Source of the DNA: Candidatus Iainarchaeum sp.
GTDB lineage: Archaea > Iainarchaeota > Iainarchaeia > Iainarchaeales > 0-14-0-20-30-16
Direction: 5' to 3'
NCBI GenBank assembly: GCA_028710695.1
Contig: JAQTTP010000001.1
Location: 90,001-122,000, forward strand
DNA: 32,000 nt
The notes under the pieces are model-generated. The model worked only from the letters and a program-made list of their open reading frames with translations, was not told the origin of the DNA and made no database searches. Below, in pieces: positions 25,589-32,000 of this stretch. A program made the translations under genes and the position numbers. How positions within the stretch are numbered: the stretch's first letter is position 1; each line of letters begins with the position of its first letter.

Positions 25589-26608
25589 ATGGCAGAAACA
25601 ATAGTTTTAGACTTCGCTGAAGTTAAGAAACATGGGTTTGGGTTGAGAATGGCTCTGACCATTTCTGCGTATACTAAGCAACCAATAAAAATAACTAATT
25701 TTAGGGCTGACGATGAAAACAAAGGTTTAAGATGGAGAGATATTCTCTATGCCGGTGTGATTGCAAACCTTGGCAATGTTGAAATGAAAGGGTTTGACAA
25801 GAAAAGCACAGAAGTAGAGACAAATCCAAAGGGAATTCTTGGTGGAAGTAAGATAGTAAAAGTAAAAAATACAATTTCTGTTTCTGAATTAATAGTTCCT
25901 GCTGCAATGCTTTCTTTGGGCACTAAATCAAGAATTAGATTTATGGGTCCAACAGATTTAGATAACCTTGTTGCTCCAGAATTTATAAAATATAGCACTT
26001 TGTCATACTTAGAAAAAATGGGCCTAAAATACGATTTGGCTATTATTGGAAAGGGCTTTGAAGAGGAAGGATCTTTAGTTTTAAAGAACAACACTGCTGC
26101 TTTGCCAAAGAATTATTCTGTTTTACAAAAAGGAGATTTAGATACTATAAAGGCATATATTCACACAACAGGTTACAAGACACATGTGAATGATGAGATT
26201 TATACTTATGCAAAGCAGAGGCTTATGCAAACAGGAAAGAAAATTAATTTTATTTTGGAAGAAAACAAGTACATTGAAAATAATGTGAGGAATAAAGGGG
26301 CAAGTATGGCCCTTGTTGCATATTATGATAATGTTACTTTATGTGGCTGTGCAAGTGGAATTAAGAAAACAGTTCCTCTTATTGGCAAAGAAGCAGCAGA
26401 TAAGATTGTGGGATATTTAGCAAAAGACTTTAGTATAGATTCAGAGAATGCGGCAATACTTTTGCCATTCTTTTGCTTAACAAAGAAGAGCGAGTTTGTA
26501 ATAAATAAAACAAGCGATAAATACAACACAGCAAAGTATGTTTGTGAGAAACTATTCAAAAAAACAATAGAATTTGACAAAGAAACAAGAAAGGTTGTTA
26601 TATCATAG
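25589..26608 (+). CDS. RNA 3'-terminal phosphate cyclase-fold protein, divergent RtcA/Rcl1-like
   Basis: GFGLRMALTISAYTKQPIKITNFRADDENKGLRWRDILYAGVIANLGNVEMKG...GILGGSKIVKV resembles the RTPC N-terminal region; KYDLAIIGKGFEEEGSLVL; SENAAILLPFFCL. Confidence 0.65.
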   Translation: MAETIVLDFAEVKKHGFGLRMALTISAYTKQPIKITNFRADDENKGLRWRDILYAGVIANLGNVEMKGFDKKSTEVETNPKGILGGSKIVKVKNTISVSELIVPAAMLSLGTKSRIRFMGPTDLDNLVAPEFIKYSTLSYLEKMGLKYDLAIIGKGFEEEGSLVLKNNTAALPKNYSVLQKGDLDTIKAYIHTTGYKTHVNDEIYTYAKQRLMQTGKKINFILEENKYIENNVRNKGASMALVAYYDNVTLCGCASGIKKTVPLIGKEAADKIVGYLAKDFSIDSENAAILLPFFCLTKKSEFVINKTSDKYNTAKYVCEKLFKKTIEFDKETRKVVIS

Positions 26609-26624
26609 AAATGGGCTTTGGACC

Positions 26625-26639
26625 ATAACCTTTATATAG
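26625..26639 (+). promoter_or_regulatory. Candidate BRE/TATA promoter element upstream of the proteasome beta gene
   Basis: CATAACCTTTATATA, identical 15-mer to 22111-22125. Confidence 0.4.
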
Positions 26640-26693
26640 ATTACGTAACTAGAAAATAGGTATACTATTTTTAAAAAATCTTGAGGTGTTCTC

Positions 26694-27308
26694 TTGAACT
26701 CTTTTGACAAAGACTCTATGGGTAAAACAGGTACGACTATTGTAGGCTGGAAAGGTAAAGATTTTGTTCTACTTGTCTCTGACAGGCAGAGCACTTATGG
26801 AAGCACAATTGGAAACACCAAAGCAAAGAAAGTGTTTATAGTTGGAAACAATTTTGGTATCAGCTTTGCAGGTGGATTAGGGGATGCTCAAAAGATTATG
26901 CGTGTTCTTGATGGCCAAGTAAGATTATATGAAGTCGAAAGAGAGAAAAAAATGAAAACAGCAGCAATCTCAAATTATGTTTCAAATGTTTTGAATTATA
27001 CAAGATATTATCCTTATATGGCATTTTTCCTAATTGCTGGATTCGATTCAAAGCCAGAACTTTACAGCGTAGACTTAGTTGGTGGGTCCGAATCTATGGA
27101 AAAATACACAGCATTCGGGTCTGGAGCTATGTTTGCAATAGGATACTTAGAGCAGAACTACTCAGACAAGTTTAACAAAAAACAAGCTTTAGAACAAGTG
27201 GTGAAAGCAATAAGTTCATCAAAGAAAAAAGATGTTTATACTGGTGGAGAAGGGCTTGATTATATAATAATAGACAAAAATGGAATCGAAGAAGGAAACA
27301 TGGAATAA
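26694..27308 (+). CDS. psmB: Proteasome beta subunit
   Basis: Short propeptide MNSFDKDSMGKTG then TTIVGWKGKDFVLLVSDRQSTYGSTIGNTKAKKVF; Thr1, Asp17 and Lys33 equivalents preserved when counted from the TTIVG start; GxGxxFAIGYLE-type region. Confidence 0.88.
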   Translation: MNSFDKDSMGKTGTTIVGWKGKDFVLLVSDRQSTYGSTIGNTKAKKVFIVGNNFGISFAGGLGDAQKIMRVLDGQVRLYEVEREKKMKTAAISNYVSNVLNYTRYYPYMAFFLIAGFDSKPELYSVDLVGGSESMEKYTAFGSGAMFAIGYLEQNYSDKFNKKQALEQVVKAISSSKKKDVYTGGEGLDYIIIDKNGIEEGNME

Positions 27309-27338
27309 ACATTATTCTAATTTTTTTATTTATCACAG

Positions 27339-29243
27339 GTGTTATCATTGGAAGAAAACAAGGTTGCAGAGCTTATTAGAAACGTACTACCAAAAGAAAT
27401 TGAAATAACTAAGGTTGAATTTTTGGGTCCAGACATAACTGTCTATACAAAAAAACCAGAAGAATTCTATAAACAAGATACCTATGTTTCGAAAATCGCA
27501 GGAGTACTTAAAAAAAGAGTAAATATTAGGGCAGACAAAACAGTTTTAATGGAAATTGGACAAGCAAGGAAGGAAATTTTATCTTTAATTCCAGAGGATG
27601 CCCAAGTTTCAACAATAATATTTGATGCTTATTTTTCAGAAGTAATTATTGAGGCCTTAAAGCCAGGCTTAGTAATCGGTAAAGGCGGATCAACAACAAA
27701 AGCAATAATAGACAAAACAAAATGGACTCCCAATATTTTAAGAGCACCAATGATGAAAAGCAAGCTTTTGCCACAAATAAGAAAAGAATATTATGGCGAT
27801 GGCAAAGATAGAAAACAATTCTTAAAAGAAGTTTCAAAAGAAATATATGCTCCTAAAAGAAGCAATAAAGAGTGGGTAAGGGCTTGTTTTTTTGGTGGTT
27901 TTAGAGAAGTTGGAAGAAGTTGTATATTATTCGAAACAGCTAATTCAAAAGTAATGCTTGACTGTGGAATCAATGCGGCAGTAACTGATGAACCGTATCC
28001 TTTATTGGAAACTATAAGTTATCCCCTGTCTGAAATATCTGCAGTAATAGTGTCACACGCACACTTAGATCACAGTGGATTTGTGCCTTATTTATTTAAA
28101 GCAGGATATAGAGGCCCAGTATATTGTACTGCCGCAACAAGAGATGTAATGTACGCCCTGCAAAAAGATTATATGGACGTAATTTTAAAAGAAGGTAAAA
28201 TTCCGCCGTATTCTGAAAAAGATATAAATGAAATGCTAAAACATGTTATTACCAGAGAGTATGGAGAAGTAACAGATGTAAGTCCAGATATAAGAATTAC
28301 TTTATACAATGCAGCACATATCTTGGGGTCTTCTTCTGTGCATATCCATGTTGGAGATGGATTACATAATATGGTTTATTCAGGAGATATAAAGTTTGGA
28401 TTTACAAGACTTTTTAATCCTCCAGAAATAAATTATCCGAGAGTTGAATCTTTAATAATTGAAAGCACTTATGGTGGAGAGCAAGCACCAATGCCAAAAA
28501 GGCAAGATGCAGAAATGGAATTAATAAATACTATAAATAAAGTGGTTGAAAGGGGCGGCAATGTTTTAATCCCTGTATTTGCTGTTGGAAGAAGCCAGGA
28601 AGTTATGCTAGTTTTAGAGCATTACTACAAAGCTGGCCAGCTTAAAGCGAAGACAGTTTATATTGACGGCCTAATAAAAGAAATAAATGCAATACACACA
28701 GCATATCCGGAAAGCCTAAGAGAAACTGTGCAGAAAAGGATTTTAACTAATAATTCTCCTTTTAGTTGTGAACTGTTTAGGGAAGTTGAATCTAGAGACG
28801 AAAGAGAAAGTTTAGTTGCACAAAAAGGAAACATATTCTTGGCAACATCAGGAATGATGACTGGTGGCCCATCTGTAGAATATTTTACAAGAATGGCACA
28901 AGATGAGAAATCTGCAATACTATTTGTTGGATGGCAAGGAGAAGGTTCATTAGGTAGAAAACTTCAAAACGGCACAAAAGTAATGGCTTTAGTTGATGCA
29001 ACAGATTCTAAGTTAAAAAAGATCAATATAAACATGGAAGTTTGTACTGTTGAAGGATTCTCAGGGCACTGTGATAGATCACAGCTTTTGGCTTATATTA
29101 GAAATCTTTCAAGCCCACCAAGAAAAATAATTGTGAACCACGGAGAAGGAGAGGGCGCAGTAGACTTTGCTAAGTTTGTGTCTTCAAAATATAGAATAAA
29201 TTCTTCGGCTCCAAAGAATCTTGAATGTGTAAGATTACACTGA
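27339..29243 (+). CDS. fttA: KH-domain beta-CASP ribonuclease, archaeal CPSF1/FttA (transcription termination factor)
   Basis: KH motif GLVIGKGGSTTKAI, metallo-beta-lactamase HAHLDHSG, NAAHILGSSSVHIHVGD, SGDIKFG, beta-CASP region FAVGRSQEVM, GFSGHCDRSQLLAY, VNHGEG. Confidence 0.95.
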   Translation: MLSLEENKVAELIRNVLPKEIEITKVEFLGPDITVYTKKPEEFYKQDTYVSKIAGVLKKRVNIRADKTVLMEIGQARKEILSLIPEDAQVSTIIFDAYFSEVIIEALKPGLVIGKGGSTTKAIIDKTKWTPNILRAPMMKSKLLPQIRKEYYGDGKDRKQFLKEVSKEIYAPKRSNKEWVRACFFGGFREVGRSCILFETANSKVMLDCGINAAVTDEPYPLLETISYPLSEISAVIVSHAHLDHSGFVPYLFKAGYRGPVYCTAATRDVMYALQKDYMDVILKEGKIPPYSEKDINEMLKHVITREYGEVTDVSPDIRITLYNAAHILGSSSVHIHVGDGLHNMVYSGDIKFGFTRLFNPPEINYPRVESLIIESTYGGEQAPMPKRQDAEMELINTINKVVERGGNVLIPVFAVGRSQEVMLVLEHYYKAGQLKAKTVYIDGLIKEINAIHTAYPESLRETVQKRILTNNSPFSCELFREVESRDERESLVAQKGNIFLATSGMMTGGPSVEYFTRMAQDEKSAILFVGWQGEGSLGRKLQNGTKVMALVDATDSKLKKININMEVCTVEGFSGHCDRSQLLAYIRNLSSPPRKIIVNHGEGEGAVDFAKFVSSKYRINSSAPKNLECVRLH

Positions 29244-29292
29244 TTTTGTAGGAAAATGGTCCTGTTAAGTCAGGCCCCTAAATAAAACTTAT

Positions 29293-29901
29293 CTACAGAA
29301 TCTTTTTTAATTCTGCTAAATTTTTTATTACTTTTTTATGGCCGTTGATGTGCCCATTTTTTTCATGTGAAACAAGAATGAACTTTGCATCTATTTCTTT
29401 TGCAAAAAGTAAATCTGTGTTAGAGTCACCCACCATATATTTCTCTTTGTAGTGGCTGTGTTTTAAATCTCCAATTATTTTTATATCTGGTTTTTTTATT
29501 CCTTTTCTGTTAGCCAGTTGTGTTGTTTCTGCAAAAAAGAATTCTTTGAAATATTTCTTTAACCCAAAAAGATCTAACTCTAACTCTGCTTTGTATAAAG
29601 GGGTGTTTGTAACTAAGAACAAATCGTATTTTTTGTGTAAGTATTCCATTACACTGTGTACATTTGGTTTAAGAGTTATTCTATTTTCTCTAATAAACTT
29701 TGTTCTATCATCCAGAGAATCAAAATCTCTCCAGAATGAATCTCTAATACTTCGTCCATCTAATATAGTGTTCAAAGTGTGTTCACAGTGTGGTATGTTT
29801 ATATCGTATTTTGGGAGCAAAATATTGTAAATTTGGGTGTGAGTGTCGGCAAGATCCACAAGAGTATCGTCAAGATCAAAGAAAATTGCAGACTCCTTCA
29901 T
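29293..29901 (-). CDS. HAD superfamily hydrolase
   Basis: FFDLDDTLVD motif I, LFLVTNTPLYKAE motif II, GIKKPDIKIIGDLK and YMVGDSNTDLLFAKEIDAKFILV motifs III/IV. Confidence 0.88.
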   Translation of the reverse strand: MKESAIFFDLDDTLVDLADTHTQIYNILLPKYDINIPHCEHTLNTILDGRSIRDSFWRDFDSLDDRTKFIRENRITLKPNVHSVMEYLHKKYDLFLVTNTPLYKAELELDLFGLKKYFKEFFFAETTQLANRKGIKKPDIKIIGDLKHSHYKEKYMVGDSNTDLLFAKEIDAKFILVSHEKNGHINGHKKVIKNLAELKKIL

Positions 29902-29949
29902 AATATCTAAAATAAACGTATATTTTTTAAAGAAAACCCTTATTTATAT

Positions 29950-30501
29950 ATGGTGAAATTGATTTCTAGTAAGGAACGTAAGAAGACTTGCGACCTGATT
30001 CAACAGCAAATTCTGAATGAAAATGGGGTTCCTCTGAAGAAAATATCTAATAATATTGCTTCTGAAGCCATTTTGACTAATGATAAAAACTTAATGTACT
30101 TCTCTTACTTGCCCTATATTTTGTATAAAATATTGACTCAGCCACATTTATTGCATTCTCCAAGGTGGAGATCAAATAAAAAGATAATACTTGACTATGT
30201 TGACTCTTTGGAAACAAAAGAGCTTACTGACTATGTTGACAGAGTGATGTATTTTATTGGAATGTTTAAAACTATTGACCGTGATCTGTATTATTACATA
30301 AAGAACATTTTCGAAAAAGCAAAAGTAAAGAAAGCATCCTATTGTTATGAGCACGGACAAAGCATAAATCAAACACTGAGTTTAACTGATGCGAACAGAA
30401 TAGAATTAATGCATTATCTAAATAACAGCAAAATAAATTTTGAAGTTGGAAAAGATATAATTTCTGAAAAAGTTGCAATTATTGAGGATTTTTTTAAGTA
30501 A
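29950..30501 (+). CDS. Hypothetical protein
   Basis: Intact 183-aa ORF divergent from the HAD gene. No recognised motif. Upstream TTTATATATGG TATA-like element. Confidence 0.5.
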   Translation: MVKLISSKERKKTCDLIQQQILNENGVPLKKISNNIASEAILTNDKNLMYFSYLPYILYKILTQPHLLHSPRWRSNKKIILDYVDSLETKELTDYVDRVMYFIGMFKTIDRDLYYYIKNIFEKAKVKKASYCYEHGQSINQTLSLTDANRIELMHYLNNSKINFEVGKDIISEKVAIIEDFFK

Positions 30502-30518
30502 TATTTGGGGCAGATGAT

Positions 30519-31196
30519 ATGAAATATATATTTTTTGATTCAAGTAGTATAATTTCTTTGACTCAAACGAATATGCTTTTTTTATTAGAGAAATTAAAAT
30601 CAAAAGAAATAAAATTCTGTATCTCAAAAGCAGTATATGATGAAATAATACTTCCTGGCCAAGAGAATTATCAGTTTGGCTGGAGTTCAGAGCAAATAGC
30701 TGCTTGTATAGAGTCTGGGCTTATCGAAGTTCTTGAACTTGAAGAAAAAGAACAGAAAGATTATGATCTAGTGGATGAACAGGTTAATTCGATTTTCTCT
30801 ACAAAGTTTGGTCCAATTCAGATTCTTCAAAAAGGAGAACTAGAAACAATAATTTTGCTTAAAAGATTCAAAGAGAAAAAACTTTTTAGTATAGATGAAC
30901 TAATTACCAGAGAAATAATAGATGACCCGAGGAAACTCAAAGATATTGTAGAAAGAAGATATAAAACGCAGTTGTTTTTGGATGAAAAAAAGCTTAAACA
31001 ATTTGTAGACTATGTTTCCGATATAAAGGTTGTAAGGTCTGTAGACCTGGTGGCGTATTCTTTTGGAAAAAATCTTTTTGCAAAATACAGCAAAAAGAGT
31101 GAGCACCTTCTAAAATCTCTGCTTTATGCTTTAAAAGATAGTGGTTGTGCTGTTCTGCATGAGGAAATAGATAAATATGCTGCAGAACCTCATTAA
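30519..31196 (+). CDS. PIN-like domain protein (putative nuclease)
   Basis: N-terminal YIFFDSSSIISL acidic strand, central KGELETIILLKRF and FSIDELITREIIDD pattern typical of PIN-fold active-site spacing. Confidence 0.5.
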   Translation: MKYIFFDSSSIISLTQTNMLFLLEKLKSKEIKFCISKAVYDEIILPGQENYQFGWSSEQIAACIESGLIEVLELEEKEQKDYDLVDEQVNSIFSTKFGPIQILQKGELETIILLKRFKEKKLFSIDELITREIIDDPRKLKDIVERRYKTQLFLDEKKLKQFVDYVSDIKVVRSVDLVAYSFGKNLFAKYSKKSEHLLKSLLYALKDSGCAVLHEEIDKYAAEPH

Positions 31197-31226
31197 TTTG
31201 TAATATAACTTCTATAAGTGATATTT

Positions 31227-31913
31227 ATGCCAAGACCAACAAGGAAAAAACCCACTTTAAGAAAAATAGCAGAAAGGGGATTTGCTTTTTCTGGAACTAC
31301 AAGGGAACATGGTCAAATTTTTGAGCGTCCACAACATAATATATTTATAGCATATAGACATGGATTTGTAGTAACAAAAGATATTTTAAAAGCCCTTATA
31401 TCTACTTTTGGAAAAAAGCACACAACAAAAGAAGGGCGAGATTCATTTAGGACCTCATTGAACTTTTCTTCTAGTTATTCAAAAAGAAATATTGATATAA
31501 AAAATGGTGAATTAATCTACACTTTTGAAAAAACGCCAGTAATACTGTATACTTATGATTATCATAATATGTTTGGGGGTACTGGGCTAGCGGAAGCTAT
31601 AAGAAAAAAACATCGTAGTCAGATGCCTTATGACGAGCCCATACATTCAAGAGCCCCTTTTCGATATTTTGAAATAACTCCTGATCTAGTGAGATCCGGT
31701 TTTGAAGTTTGGAAAAAAAGATATAACCCTACAGAAGATAGAATACATCTGGAGATTGAATGGCGTAAACGTAATAAGTGGCCATCAGATTTAGAAAGCA
31801 TTCAGACGTCAGATTTTATTCTCTTCTTAGACGATTATTTATACAAAAAATTTATAGTACATATAATCCGTGAGTATAAACAAGAGATTTCAAAAAGAAG
31901 AGTGCAAAAATAA
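31227..31913 (+). CDS. Hypothetical protein
   Basis: MPRPTRKKPTLRKIAERGFAFSG...; start refined to ATG 31227. No recognised family. Confidence 0.5.
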   Translation: MPRPTRKKPTLRKIAERGFAFSGTTREHGQIFERPQHNIFIAYRHGFVVTKDILKALISTFGKKHTTKEGRDSFRTSLNFSSSYSKRNIDIKNGELIYTFEKTPVILYTYDYHNMFGGTGLAEAIRKKHRSQMPYDEPIHSRAPFRYFEITPDLVRSGFEVWKKRYNPTEDRIHLEIEWRKRNKWPSDLESIQTSDFILFLDDYLYKKFIVHIIREYKQEISKRRVQK

Positions 31914-31946
31914 AACTAGAAAATACACACCCAACAAATAGTTTAT

Positions 31947-32000
31947 AAATCCTATGTGCAAATAAAATACACATACAAACAAAAAGAGGTGGATGAAATG
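31947..32000 (+). promoter_or_regulatory. Start region of the next gene: TATA-like box, Shine-Dalgarno GAGGTG and ATG at the window edge
   Basis: TTTATAAAT ~31950, GAGGTG 31986-31991, ATG at 31993 or 31998-32000. Confidence 0.4.

Noticed and set aside
30519-31196. Classical VapBC toxin-antitoxin locus
   Set aside because: The ORF is longer (~225 aa) than typical VapC, and no small AbrB or ribbon-helix-helix antitoxin gene is visible next to it.
1-32000. CRISPR array, transposon, prophage or tRNA/rRNA genes
   Set aside because: On reading I saw no regularly spaced direct repeats, transposase or integrase motifs, phage structural genes, or convincing tRNA cloverleaf in the few short intergenic spaces. 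A tRNAscan/Infernal run would be needed to be certain.

Overview
AT-rich archaeal window, most likely from a DPANN-type genome (inference from gene content; no rRNA or marker tree available). It is nearly fully coding. I found no tRNA, rRNA, CRISPR array or transposase. Main content: (1) replication factor C large subunit (minus) and small subunit (plus); (2) a cluster of six short class III signal peptide (type IV pilin-like) proteins at 2263-4936, one absent from the ORF track, together with an A24 prepilin peptidase; (3) two tandem, probably paralogous, very large Cys-rich secreted or membrane-anchored proteins (5576-11063) carrying a DUF4215/Myxococcus-type Cys-rich repeat followed by a CARDB-like domain and many short Cys repeats; (4) CDC48-family AAA+ ATPase (minus); (5) an uncharacterised protein with an HELVH zincin-like motif; (6) an untracked 38-aa Lys/Val-rich basic protein at 16150-16266, followed by a terminator-like hairpin; (7) a TadA/FlaI-like secretion ATPase plus two T2SSF (TadB/C, FlaJ-like) membrane proteins; (8) ThyA with an extra MtrA-like N-terminal domain, coiled-coil protein, M50 protease, ATP-dependent DNA ligase, an RtcA-fold protein that appears to have lost its catalytic His, proteasome beta, KH/beta-CASP aCPSF1/FttA, a HAD phosphatase, a PIN-like protein and hypotheticals. 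The best candidate for an undescribed system is the dispersed type IV pilus-like surface apparatus together with the two giant Cys-rich proteins. The zincin-like protein, the tiny polybasic protein and the degenerate RtcA paralog are secondary candidates.
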